64,000 nt of DNA from Candidatus Latescibacterota bacterium (GTDB lineage Bacteria; Latescibacterota; UBA2968; SICM01). Shown in pieces: positions 20,061 through 29,752 of this stretch (the first letter of the stretch is position 1; each line of letters opens with the position of its first letter). Location of the stretch: positions 2,240,001 to 2,304,000 of the forward strand of contig CBDCJO010000002.1 of the NCBI GenBank assembly GCA_965217865.1. Reading direction: 5' to 3'. The translations under genes and the position numbers were made by a program. The notes beneath the pieces are model-generated. The model ran no database searches and was not told the DNA's origin. It worked only from the letters and a program-made list of their open reading frames with translations.

Positions 20061-21572
20061 TCAATCCCATTCTCTCTTGAGGTGGCTGACGCCACGCACT
20101 GTTCCAAACCAAACGCCCCTTTCGTCTCTCATGACCGCCTGTACTTGTTCGTCTACGAGTCCGTCGGCCTTCGTAAAGCGCCTCCAAACCCCAGTCTCAG
20201 GGGTCAGACGCATGGCTCCGATCTCCGTGGCAATCCACACGTGGTTGTCATCTATCGCAATCCCTGCAATCGGTCGGTCCGCGAGCTCAGGGAGGGGGAA
20301 TCGGGTTGTCACCTGGTCGGTGGCGTTAAGACGAACGAGCCCCGGTGGGGACAGAACGGCAAACCAGACGTTGTCTTCGTATGATGTTACCGCCGTGATC
20401 CGATTTGATAGATTCCCATCCTTGTCCCGAAACCGCTTCCATTTCCTGTTGCCCACCTCGCATCTGAAGACCCCTCTGCTGGTCGCTGCCCAAAGGTAAC
20501 CTTCCCCTTCCTCCATGTCATAGATAAAGGTCTGCTTTCCTCCTGAGATCGCAAGTGTGGAGTCTCCATCGACATCCAGGAGGGCAAGGCCCGTCGGGGT
20601 CCCGATCCAGAGCCATTTCCCATCACGGAGAGCGTCGGTTACCGCCCTTTCGGGGACACCTCCGAAACGCCAGTACGTCCGCCAAACGTCCTTCTCTTTT
20701 TCGAATCGGACCAATCCATTGGACGTGGCAAACCAGATGTCCGATTCGTCCAACAGGATCGATAGCACGTTTGCGCCATCCAGCCCAAAGACCACACGGG
20801 GCTCGTGCGTCCGCCAAGTCCCAGTCCGGGTATTGAAACGGGTGATGCCCCCGCCCGGGATGGCCACGGGTCCGAAGGATCTTGTTCGCTGGACTTCAAA
20901 CGAGGACAGGCCCCCTTCCAGACCCCCGATCCATATATCATCCCCGTCTGCCATGAATGCCGTCACGTTGTTGTTTACAGGACCGTAGGGTTTCAGATTC
21001 AGGTTCCGGTGCTGAATATCGGCGAAGCCCACCCCCAGTCCCCAGGTACCCACCCAGAGACGATTCCAGCGGTCCTTATGGTGTCCCGTGATCCGGTAGG
21101 TCCGGGATTCGCGATCCCTGATCTTATCCCCTTCAACGATGAGCCCTGGTTCCAATATAAGGGAGTCCAGATTAAAACTTTTTGGAAGGTCATCCGTTGG
21201 ATCGACGGCCTCCTCTGGAAACTGGGCGGATGGAAAGATGATCTCGCTCTCGATCCCCAACCGATCGATGCCTGCCGGTGTGTCGATATAGAGATCGCCG
21301 ATCCGGTGGTCGTATGCGATTCTGCGCACGTTGTTGTCCCTCAACCCCTCTGCGGTGGTAAGGGGCCTTCCTTCTTTCCCCGTGAAAAGATTAAACCGCC
21401 GGACGCCGCCAGTCGTCCCGACATAGATCTCCCGGTCCCCTTCGGCGAAAGAGGTGACATAATTCATGTTCACATAAGTCGTCCAGGCCCTCAAGTCAGC
21501 TGCCCCGAGGTCTCCCGAAAGGCAGAGTGTCAGCAGAACTCCCCCAAAATGTCGCGTACTTCGAACATTCAT
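20061..21572 (-). CDS. Secreted beta-propeller protein (two-component regulator propeller-like repeats)
   Basis: Repeated D....W.GT..G motifs; probable start MNVRSTRH at 21572 with signal peptide. Confidence 0.8.
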   Translation of the reverse strand: MNVRSTRHFGGVLLTLCLSGDLGAADLRAWTTYVNMNYVTSFAEGDREIYVGTTGGVRRFNLFTGKEGRPLTTAEGLRDNNVRRIAYDHRIGDLYIDTPAGIDRLGIESEIIFPSAQFPEEAVDPTDDLPKSFNLDSLILEPGLIVEGDKIRDRESRTYRITGHHKDRWNRLWVGTWGLGVGFADIQHRNLNLKPYGPVNNNVTAFMADGDDIWIGGLEGGLSSFEVQRTRSFGPVAIPGGGITRFNTRTGTWRTHEPRVVFGLDGANVLSILLDESDIWFATSNGLVRFEKEKDVWRTYWRFGGVPERAVTDALRDGKWLWIGTPTGLALLDVDGDSTLAISGGKQTFIYDMEEGEGYLWAATSRGVFRCEVGNRKWKRFRDKDGNLSNRITAVTSYEDNVWFAVLSPPGLVRLNATDQVTTRFPLPELADRPIAGIAIDDNHVWIATEIGAMRLTPETGVWRRFTKADGLVDEQVQAVMRDERGVWFGTVRGVSHLKREWD

Positions 21573-21574
21573 AT

Positions 21575-22258
21575 TCAGACCACGGTTAAGGGCAACCTCC
21601 TCCGCCTTGGGCGGAGGATCAGGAGTATTCCCGCGATGAATCCCCCAATATGGGCGAACCAAGCGACACCGCCCTGGGAACCCGGGTCTGACGAGGCGTT
21701 CAGGATCTGTACGATGAACCAGAATCCCAGGACGATCAGGGCGGGAACTCTTACAATCCGGATGAAGAACATAAACCAGAACAGCACCAACACGCGCGCT
21801 CGCGGGAAACAGACCAGGTAGGCCCCCAGGACGCCGGCGATGGCCCCGCTTGCCCCGATGAGGGGAACTCGGGATTCCGGTGCGGATGTGATATGGATCA
21901 GGGTGGCGATGATGCCGCAAACGAGATAGAAAAAGAAAAAACGGAAGTGTCCGAGGAGATCTTCGATGTTGTTCCCGAATATCCAGAGGTAGAGCATGTT
22001 CCCGCCCAGGTGCAAAAATCCTCCGTGCAGAAACATGGTCGTAATCAAGGTCAGAGCGAGGGGAATCGGTGTGGGTGAGATGGCATCTGAAAAATGGGAT
22101 ATCTCGAAGGGAATCAACCCCATTTTCAATGTGTAGACGGCGTTCCCGGTTGGCCCCAAAGAGATCTGATATAAAAATACAGCGACGTTCGTCAGGATTA
22201 AACCGACCGTGATAAGGGGTCGAGTCTGGGTTGGATTTTCGTCTTTGAGGGGGATCAT
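21575..22258 (-). CDS. Rhomboid family intramembrane serine protease
   Basis: MIPLKD, MFLHGG..HLGGNM, GASGA, VAWFAHIGG. Confidence 0.94.
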   Translation of the reverse strand: MIPLKDENPTQTRPLITVGLILTNVAVFLYQISLGPTGNAVYTLKMGLIPFEISHFSDAISPTPIPLALTLITTMFLHGGFLHLGGNMLYLWIFGNNIEDLLGHFRFFFFYLVCGIIATLIHITSAPESRVPLIGASGAIAGVLGAYLVCFPRARVLVLFWFMFFIRIVRVPALIVLGFWFIVQILNASSDPGSQGGVAWFAHIGGFIAGILLILRPRRRRLPLTVV

Positions 22259-22408
22259 GAAGAATAACGAATAAAATGAAAAAAGAATTCCATGGTCAAA
22301 AAAGATAAACGCAAACGCATTAAAAATCAAGCCTCAATGCACATGCCGGCGATGCCTGAAAAAATCCTTTGGGGGAGGATGGTTGTGTTTCTATATTTAC
22401 GGCTTGTT

Positions 22409-23026
22409 ATGGTCAGAGTGTCAAAAAACAAGGGCATGTTGGTGGTTGTGTTCGTGTGGCTATGGGGTTGTGGAGAGGTAGAGATCGCCGGGCTTGCAGC
22501 GGATGGAAGCCTGACCCAAGCCCGACTCGACTCGTTTTTTACCCTCTCATCGGGCGTGAATGTCCACCGCCGGAAGGAGATTCGCGCCCACCCAGAACGG
22601 GTCTGGGTCGTTTTGAGCGATTTCAATCGTTGGAGTGACTGGAATTCGAACATCATCGAGATGCGGTCAACGGAAGGGGAATCGTTTGAATGGGGCCTTC
22701 ATTTTACCCAGAGGCTGGCAACCCGGCCAACAACACTGACCCTCCAAGGGGTTATCGTTCGTTATATTCCGGGAAGGGAAATTGTCTGGAAAGGGTCAGG
22801 TTTGCGTCACCACGTTTTAAGCGCCACTTCCATCACCCCGGGAAGAGATGGGTGGACCGAGGTGGTTTGGCGTTTGAGGCTCGTGGGACCGGGGGTCTCA
22901 TTGCTTGAAGGCAGCATCCGTCGTTGGGCTGAGGCTGCCATCAAGGATGCGGTCGAGGGCCTGGCCGGCAAGTTTAACGAGCCTTCCCCCGCACCGGAAT
23001 CGCTGGGGATCGAAGCGGACCCGTGA
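22409..23026 (+). CDS. SRPBCC (polyketide cyclase-like) family lipoprotein
   Basis: Lipobox-like LWGC; I.A.PERVW.VL.D..RW..WN motif; start uncertain. Confidence 0.72.
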   Translation: MVRVSKNKGMLVVVFVWLWGCGEVEIAGLAADGSLTQARLDSFFTLSSGVNVHRRKEIRAHPERVWVVLSDFNRWSDWNSNIIEMRSTEGESFEWGLHFTQRLATRPTTLTLQGVIVRYIPGREIVWKGSGLRHHVLSATSITPGRDGWTEVVWRLRLVGPGVSLLEGSIRRWAEAAIKDAVEGLAGKFNEPSPAPESLGIEADP

Positions 23027-23075
23027 GGTCCGCCCTTCGTAATGGGTTGTCTTCCCCGAAACACCAGGAGGCTGT

Positions 23076-24368
23076 ATGCCAGTTGACATAACGGATATCG
23101 AGAGGCTGGTCCGAGAGCAAGAGGTCTGGAGACGGGAGAAGACCATAAATCTTATCGCGAGTGAGAACGCGATGAGCAGAGGGGTTCGGGACGTCCAGAA
23201 CTCGGACTTCATGGGCAGGTACGCGGAGGGGCACCCAAACGAAGAGGGGCAGATCAACCGATATTACCAGGGAACCGCCAAGATCGACGAAGTGGAAAGA
23301 ACGGCCCGCGAAGAGTTGAAGCAATTGTTCCGATGCCGCCAGGCGGATGTCAGACCTATCAGCGGGAACGCAGCCAACACCGCAATCGCGCTGGGTTACC
23401 TTCGGGGTGGGGACCCGATCATCGTCAACTCTACGGATGCCGGGGGACATATCAGCCATAATACCATCGGTACATTCGGCCGGCGAATTCAAGCCCGGGG
23501 AAGGCTTCTTTCGCTCGGGAAATCCAAATCCATCCCCCTCCATTTTTTTCCGTTGACCGAGGATCTTTACCACACCGATGTCCCGAAAAGCATCGATCTG
23601 ATTGAACAGGTCTCTCCCCGAATGGTCATACTCGGGAGGAGCCTTTTCCTCTTTCCGGAGCCGGTAAGGGAATTGTCCGAGATCTGTCACGACAAAGGGA
23701 TCCCGATCCTTTATGATGGTGCCCATGTATTTGGGTTGATTGCCGGGGGGCAGTTTCAAAACCCATTGCGCGAGGGTGCCACCTATCTGACCGCAAGTAC
23801 CCACAAAACCTTTCCCGGTCCCCAGCGAGGTGTGATCCTCGCGGACCTGGAGGGGGGTGCGGAAAAAACCTACTGGCCTCCCGCGGATCGAGGCGTCTTT
23901 CCGGGAAGCTCCAGCAACCACCACCTCCATACCCTTCCGGCGCTGGTGGTCGCGACGCGAGAGATGCAGGCACACGGCCGGATCTATGCTTCGAAAACCG
24001 CGGCCAACGCCAAGGCTCTCGGGCGTGCCTTGGACGAACAGGGGATACCTGTTCCGGCCAAGGGTTTCGGATTTACTCAGAGCCATCAGATCGCTGTGGA
24101 TGTGTCAAGTTTCGGTGGGGGTGTTGCGGCAGCTCGAGGCCTAGAGGAGAATGACGTTATCGTCAACTACAACATGCTTCCGGGGGATCGAGATGCCCGA
24201 AACCCGTCAGGACTTCGAGTAGGCGTCCAGGAGATGACCCGGTTTGGAATGGGAGAGGATGAGATGGGACGGATCGCGGAACTCATGGCCGCGTCGATCA
24301 GGGGGAAGAATATCAAGGCTGAGGTGAACGGCTTCAGGGGCCGTTATCTGGAGATGAACTACGTCTGA
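23076..24368 (+). CDS. glyA: Serine hydroxymethyltransferase, archaeal-type
   Basis: NLIASEN, RYAEG, GGHISH, YDGAH, STHKTFPGPQRG, SNHHLH, PSGLRVG. Confidence 0.88.
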   Translation: MPVDITDIERLVREQEVWRREKTINLIASENAMSRGVRDVQNSDFMGRYAEGHPNEEGQINRYYQGTAKIDEVERTAREELKQLFRCRQADVRPISGNAANTAIALGYLRGGDPIIVNSTDAGGHISHNTIGTFGRRIQARGRLLSLGKSKSIPLHFFPLTEDLYHTDVPKSIDLIEQVSPRMVILGRSLFLFPEPVRELSEICHDKGIPILYDGAHVFGLIAGGQFQNPLREGATYLTASTHKTFPGPQRGVILADLEGGAEKTYWPPADRGVFPGSSSNHHLHTLPALVVATREMQAHGRIYASKTAANAKALGRALDEQGIPVPAKGFGFTQSHQIAVDVSSFGGGVAAARGLEENDVIVNYNMLPGDRDARNPSGLRVGVQEMTRFGMGEDEMGRIAELMAASIRGKNIKAEVNGFRGRYLEMNYV

Positions 24369-24380
24369 TATGGACACTTT

Positions 24381-25520
24381 TTGATAAGGAAATCCGTGGG
24401 AACACCTTTCGGCAAGGGATCGATCCATCAATCCGAAGCCCGAACGCATCGTGACGAGCACACGGGGCGTCGCATCATCCAGATCACGTCCCATCCTTCG
24501 ATCAGTCACAACCTCTATTTTCTGACCTCCTCTTTTACCCCAGATCAGGATTCGGTTGTCTTTTCGTCCTATCGTTCCGGACAGGTTCAGTTCTTTCGGG
24601 GGAAGGTTCCCGAGGGGGACATCGTTCAACTCACGGAAGAAGCGGGGATCAGCGGCTATTCGGGTGTCATGTCCGAGGATGGGAACACGCTCTATTACAC
24701 CGCCGGGGGGTCTATTCGTGCGGTCCACCTGAGGACGCTGGATGACCGTATCCTGTCCGGATGGGAGGGAGGAAATCTAGGTGAGTGCAGTCTGAGTCCT
24801 GACGGAAAGTTCATCGTCACGGCGATGAAGCGGGGCGGGCGTTCGTTTCTCACGGTAACGAATACGGATGGATCCGGGGGGAACATCATATTCGACTGTC
24901 CTCGCACGATTATTCACCCCCAGTTCCATCCTTCGGATCCGGAGTGGATCGAATATGCTCAGGACCCCGCACCCCGGATGTGGGTGATTCGCCGGGACGG
25001 GGGCGAGAACGAATGCCTATATGATAACGGAAACGAGGAATTCGTCGTCCACGAAACATACTTGGGATCAGGTGACGAACTCATATTTACGGTGTGGCCG
25101 TATGCGCTAAAGAGAATCAATCTCCAGACACGGGAAATCAACACGATCGCGCGGTTCAATGCGTGGCACATCGCATCAGATAAACAGGGCCGACGAGTCC
25201 TGTGCGACACGAACCACCCGGATACCGGACTTCATCTGGTGGATGTGGCCACAGGGGAACGCCAGGAAATCTGCCAACCGAAGAGTTCAAATCAGGGCAG
25301 CCAATGGAGGAAGGATTGTTACGCTTTAAAGGAGGACTGGGAGGCGGCATCCCAGGGGGACCGCGAAGAAAGCCTTTCCTGGATGGAGATGAAAGTGGAT
25401 ACGATCTACGGCCCGCAATGGACGCATCCTCATCCTTCCTTCAGCCCGGATGAACGGTGGGCGACATACACTTCGGACGTGAGTGGATATCCACAGGTCT
25501 ATGCGGTGGAGATCGGGTGA
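24381..25520 (+). CDS. Oligogalacturonate lyase family beta-propeller protein
   Basis: D..TG..I.QIT, HNLYF, HPQFHP, HET, HPHPSFSPD. Confidence 0.8.
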   Translation: MIRKSVGTPFGKGSIHQSEARTHRDEHTGRRIIQITSHPSISHNLYFLTSSFTPDQDSVVFSSYRSGQVQFFRGKVPEGDIVQLTEEAGISGYSGVMSEDGNTLYYTAGGSIRAVHLRTLDDRILSGWEGGNLGECSLSPDGKFIVTAMKRGGRSFLTVTNTDGSGGNIIFDCPRTIIHPQFHPSDPEWIEYAQDPAPRMWVIRRDGGENECLYDNGNEEFVVHETYLGSGDELIFTVWPYALKRINLQTREINTIARFNAWHIASDKQGRRVLCDTNHPDTGLHLVDVATGERQEICQPKSSNQGSQWRKDCYALKEDWEAASQGDREESLSWMEMKVDTIYGPQWTHPHPSFSPDERWATYTSDVSGYPQVYAVEIG

Positions 25521-26734
25521 TCGGATAGGTTTCGGTCCTTTTGCACAGAGATTTGATCGCCATAGTCCGAGGGGATCGTCCTGATAACGGCCGAGGCGAT
25601 GACCCGATCGATGAGGGGGAGGAGGTCCAACCCGGCTTCCATTTCCCTCACACTCCGGACCTCGGCGTGGGTTTCGGGGTTCCGGGGAACGAAGAGCGAA
25701 CAACAATCCTCATAGGGTTCGATAGAGATCTCGTAGGTCCCGATTTTTTTCGCTTCTTCTATGATTTCCTCTTTGTCCTCTCCGGCCAGAGGACGCAGGA
25801 CCGGAAGGGACGCGGCATCGTTGATGGCGTGGATGTTGTCCAGAGTCTGCGAAGCGACCTGGCCGACATTTTCGCCGGTGACCAGGGTTTTCGCCCGTTC
25901 CCCGACTGCGATTCGCTCTGCAATCCGAAACATCGCCCGACGGTACAGGATGACACTGTGGGAGGAAGGGGACCCCTCGACGATTTTTTTCTGGACTTCG
26001 AGGAAGGGGACCATGTAGAGGATCGAACGATACTGGTGGCGGGTGAGCAGGGAGATGATCTCTTCGACGTTCCGTTGGGAATTTCGGCTGGTGAAAGGGT
26101 GACTGTGAAAGTGGACGAAGATGATCTCCACACCCCGTTTCATGATCCTGTATGAGGCGACCGGCGAGTCGATTCCCGATGAGATAAGGCTGACCCCCCT
26201 GCCGCTAACACCCACGGGTAGGCCACCCGGTCCTCGCAGCCGATCGGTATACAGGATGGCGATCTTCTCAACGATCTCGATGTGGCAGGTAAGATCGGGC
26301 TCATTGAGTTGGACCTTTGCCCCCGACCGGGTGCGAACGGCCTCCCCCACATCGACGTTGATCTCCACTGAGGTCATAGGATATCGTTTTTCGGACCGTT
26401 TGGCGTCAATTTTGAATGACCTGAAGGTGCGATCCTTGACTAGGTTCCACGCCGTCTCCCGGATTGAGCCGATGTCCTGGCGACACATTACGCCGTTGGC
26501 AACATAGGCGATTCCAAAAACCGTTTGAAGCCTCTGGCCAATCCGGTCCAGGGGGCTGTTTTTCGAGAGGCTGACGAACAGGCGACCGGAAATGCGCCGT
26601 ACGTCGGCGAAAGGAAGACCGGTCAACGCCTTGCGAATGTTATCGCAGAGCTGTTTTTCGAACCGGTCCCGATTCCGGCCCTTGAGGCCGATTTCATGAT
26701 AGTGAACGACGAAAATGCCTTCTGGGGAATCCAT
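25499..26734 (-). CDS. thiI: tRNA 4-thiouridine synthase ThiI (short form, no rhodanese domain)
   Basis: YHEIGLKGRNR, THUMP domain, PGGLPVG, SSGIDSPVA, GQVASQT, EDCC; start set at MDSPEG. Confidence 0.95.
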   Translation of the reverse strand: MDSPEGIFVVHYHEIGLKGRNRDRFEKQLCDNIRKALTGLPFADVRRISGRLFVSLSKNSPLDRIGQRLQTVFGIAYVANGVMCRQDIGSIRETAWNLVKDRTFRSFKIDAKRSEKRYPMTSVEINVDVGEAVRTRSGAKVQLNEPDLTCHIEIVEKIAILYTDRLRGPGGLPVGVSGRGVSLISSGIDSPVASYRIMKRGVEIIFVHFHSHPFTSRNSQRNVEEIISLLTRHQYRSILYMVPFLEVQKKIVEGSPSSHSVILYRRAMFRIAERIAVGERAKTLVTGENVGQVASQTLDNIHAINDAASLPVLRPLAGEDKEEIIEEAKKIGTYEISIEPYEDCCSLFVPRNPETHAEVRSVREMEAGLDLLPLIDRVIASAVIRTIPSDYGDQISVQKDRNLSDHPISTA

Positions 26735-26741
26735 AAAAAAT

Positions 26742-26772
26742 CCGTGAAAGGTGAGACGGTAAACGTGAAACG
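26742..26772. repeat. Short degenerate heptamer array
   Basis: CCGTGAAAGGTGAGACGGTAAACGTGAAACG. Confidence 0.5.
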
Positions 26773-26833
26773 GAAAGATATCTCTGAAGGTCAATCGGGA
26801 CAAGAAAATCCTTGACCCGTTAGATGAACTTCC

Positions 26834-27355
26834 ATGACCATTCGTTCCTCATCAGAAAATCCCATCTTCCTGGGTCTCAGAGCGATCTGCATCCTCCTTG
26901 TGGGGGCCGGGGCAGGTCTCGTATACAATGGCGTATCGGAATACGGCATCCCCCTCAAGACGCCTCCCCAGGTCCCCTTCGCAGAACTGGTAAACTGGAG
27001 CCTCCACGTCGAGGGTCTGCGAGCTACCCTGAAGGCGTCAAAAAAGGCCTTCGACCGAAATGAGGCCACTTTTATCGATGCGCGGTCAGCCAAGGCCTAC
27101 GCAGCCGGCCATATCCCGGGCGCTTTGTCCTTACCGGTAGGGGAGTTCCAGGCGAGGAGCAACGAGTTGTTGAAAGATTTTCCCAAAGGCACCTGGATCA
27201 TCACCTACTGTTCGGGAAGGAGCTGCCAGAGCAGTATCCGCCTCGCCCATCTGATGATCGAAAAGCTCGGATACACCCAGACACAGGCCTTCTTCGATGG
27301 GTGGAGCGCGTGGAATAAGGCGGGTTATCCCTTCGTGATTGGAGAAACCCCGTGA
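26834..27355 (+). CDS. Membrane-anchored rhodanese-like protein
   Basis: N-terminal TM helix, IDAR....Y..GHIPGA, TYCSGRSC, GWSAW. Confidence 0.9.
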   Translation: MTIRSSSENPIFLGLRAICILLVGAGAGLVYNGVSEYGIPLKTPPQVPFAELVNWSLHVEGLRATLKASKKAFDRNEATFIDARSAKAYAAGHIPGALSLPVGEFQARSNELLKDFPKGTWIITYCSGRSCQSSIRLAHLMIEKLGYTQTQAFFDGWSAWNKAGYPFVIGETP

Positions 27356-27846
27356 CCCCAACCCGAAACTCCAAGATCCGCGCCGTAATCTTTATTATTA
27401 GGCTCCTGGTCGGAGCAACGCTCCTCTGGGCCGGATCGGTCAAGATTCCTGAACCCGGACTCTTCGCTCAGACGGTTCGGGCTTATGAGGTCCTTCCGCT
27501 CAGCCTGGTCAACCCGTTCTCGATCGTCGTCCCCTGGATGGAAGTGGCCGCCGGTTTCTGTCTGGTTATCGGATTCTGGACACGGAGCAGTGCCCTGGCG
27601 GCCCTTGTCCTTTTCCTCTCATTTGGAGTGGCAATGGGTATCAATATTTATCGGGGTGCCGATTTATCGTGCGGTTGTTTCGGGTTTGACGGAGCCGGGG
27701 GGTCGCTCTATGAGTCCATGATTCGGGATATCATCCTGATCGGTCTTTCCATGCCCCTTCTATTCTTCCGCCACGCCTTCTCTTTATCCCTCGACAGCTT
27801 TTCCCACAGTGTCCACGATAGACGACGCCATTCCGATACCCATTAG
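27352..27846 (+). CDS. MauE/DoxX family membrane protein
   Basis: PWME, SCGCFG, RD motif; 4 TM helices. Confidence 0.9.
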   Translation: MTPTRNSKIRAVIFIIRLLVGATLLWAGSVKIPEPGLFAQTVRAYEVLPLSLVNPFSIVVPWMEVAAGFCLVIGFWTRSSALAALVLFLSFGVAMGINIYRGADLSCGCFGFDGAGGSLYESMIRDIILIGLSMPLLFFRHAFSLSLDSFSHSVHDRRRHSDTH

Positions 27847-28547
27847 AACCCGACACCCAGCACATGGGGCGAACATGTCCCGACGACATCATAACTATAT
27901 GTTATATAGGGGAATTATAAATAATATCCGGAGACTTTTGGTGCGGATAAAAATGGCTTTGGAGGAAGATCGGGACGTCTATGTCTCAGAAAAAATCGGG
28001 GAGGGTCTCAGGAAACAAGCTCTTTTTCGTCCGTTTGGGCTCCGGGTTTGCGGGGCTCCGTGAACTCTCTGGATTGACTTTCCAGGTGGGCTATCAATCC
28101 GTTCAAAGACTTGTGGACCTCCTTGAAATGGTCGTTTTCCTTGAAGGGGCGGATCATGTTCCATCGATCCCATATATAATCGTCCATCGAGTATTCCACC
28201 GGATCGTACATAAACCGAACGCCAAAAGCGACCAGCTTGCCCTCCCCCTCGGGTTCGTCCTCCGATTTCTGGACCTCGCAACCAGGCCCCCAAACACCCC
28301 CAATGTCTTAAACGAATTCTAATACAGTAGGTTCCCAAAGCTGACTGTTCTGGGACATGGTTGTCACAGCCTGTCTGTCTTGCGAACAATCTTCAATTTA
28401 ATGTCTCTACAAGCCCTACCGAAGAACGTGTAATCGGTGATTCAGAATGAAGATGGCGATGGCAATATTATATTAATTGCTGACAATAATGAGTTTATAT
28501 AGATATGAGGTATTTTTGTCGCACCGTTCTGAACACCAGCGACAAGT

Positions 28548-29139
28548 TTACGAGAATCTGGATGCATCGATATGATGCTTAGCCAGCAGCCTGTGGAGCG
28601 ACCGTCGATCTATACCGCTTCCTTCTGCGGCCCTGGAGATGTTTCCGTTGTGTCGAGAGAGGAGCCCAAGGATATACTTTCGCTCGAAACCCTCGATGGT
28701 TACCTCCTTGGCCTCTTTGAAGGGAAGGTCAAATTTAATCCCTTCTTTCGTGCTGGGTCTTCAACATGCGGTTCTCGCCAGCCAGATGCAGATTCCGGAT
28801 CACTTTTTCAATCACGATAAGAAGATGGTCTGGGGTGAATGGTTTGGTGAGATAGGCGGAAGCCCCCTTTTTTAATGCCATCACTGCATCCAGGATCGAT
28901 CCGTAGGTGGTCATGACAATGACCGCCCCTTCTGGATTCCGGTTAAGGCTTTCCTTTAGGACCTCAAGTCCGTCCAGCTTGAGGTCTGTCAGGAGGAGAT
29001 CAAAGGTTTCCTGGTTGAGCAAATTTATGGCGTCGCTGGCCGTCCTGGCCGTCTTCACCTGAAATCCCGCCTGGGATAGGCTATCGTGGCAACACCCCAG
29101 GCGACCGTCATTCATGAACAGGATCTTCTCCCTCAGCAT
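28548..29139 (-). pseudogene. Degenerate NtrC-type response regulator: receiver domain plus Fis-type HTH in +1 frame, AAA+ domain missing
   Basis: REC (DLLLTDLKLDGL, YLTKPF) ends at 28735; the +1 frame continues FKEAKEVTIEGFERKYILGLLSRHNGNISRAAEGSGIDRRSLHRLL to a stop at 28548. Confidence 0.75.
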
Positions 29140-29458
29140 CTATAGGGACATCTTCCTTACCGGAATAGTGCTCATCCGAGAATTTGAACGAGCGTTGGAG
29201 AACCTTACGAATGCAGCTCAGGGATAACTTACTCCGAAAATCTGTTTGTGTTAAGACAGGGACCATAAACCATGTTAAATATGGACACTAATTATCTTAA
29301 AGTCAACTGCAAATCCAGGCGCCGTCAAACCCACGATTCTCCGTTAAAGATATCGATTATAATCACAACAAGAAAATTAAATAAAACAAGGGGCCGCAGG
29401 TGTCGCATATCTCAAACCCGCCCGCCCCTTGCGATATTATACGGTAGCATTATGTGGG

Positions 29459-29611
29459 TTACTGCCTGTTCTGAATAAAACCCTCCGCGTCTTTCACATC
29501 TTCCGCACTTCCGATAATCAGTGGGACACGCTGGTGTAACTCCGTGGGTTCTAGGTCGAGTATCCGCTCCAATCCATTAGAAGCTCTGCCCCCGGCGTGC
29601 TCCGCGATAAA
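29459..29611 (-). pseudogene. fbp: C-terminal remnant of class I fructose-1,6-bisphosphatase
   Basis: [35 protein letters not shown] matches the FBPase I C-terminus; no upstream coding region. Confidence 0.8.
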
Positions 29612-29687
29612 ATCCTGTAATGATGCAACAGTCCTGATGACTTTATCCGAGGAATCCAAGTTAATAAAATAAGGATACAAAAACATG

Positions 29688-29723
29688 AAAAATAGGCACC
29701 TGCACAAGGCAGGAGCCTATTTT
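29688..29723 (-). terminator. Intrinsic terminator downstream of the DUF151 gene (possibly bidirectional)
   Basis: AAAATAGGCACCTGC-ACAAG-GCAGGAGCCTATTTT. Confidence 0.7.
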
Positions 29724-29752
29724 GTGGTAAATATGCACATATGCTTAATGGG

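Noticed and set aside
26735-26803. N-terminal extension of thiI in the ORF track (and similar extensions of the propeller, rhomboid, ppk2, acs and cusB genes)
   Set aside because: Extensions translate repeats or overlap neighbouring genes; better starts lie downstream
25499-27355. Divergent rhodanese as the sulfur donor for short ThiI
   Set aside because: The rhodanese is membrane-anchored and paired with MauE/DoxX, a common independent module; short ThiI works without a fused rhodanese
29259-29280. dif-like CATAA...ATGTTAAAT
   Set aside because: Spacing between the arms is wrong for a 28-bp dif site, and the location is near oriC
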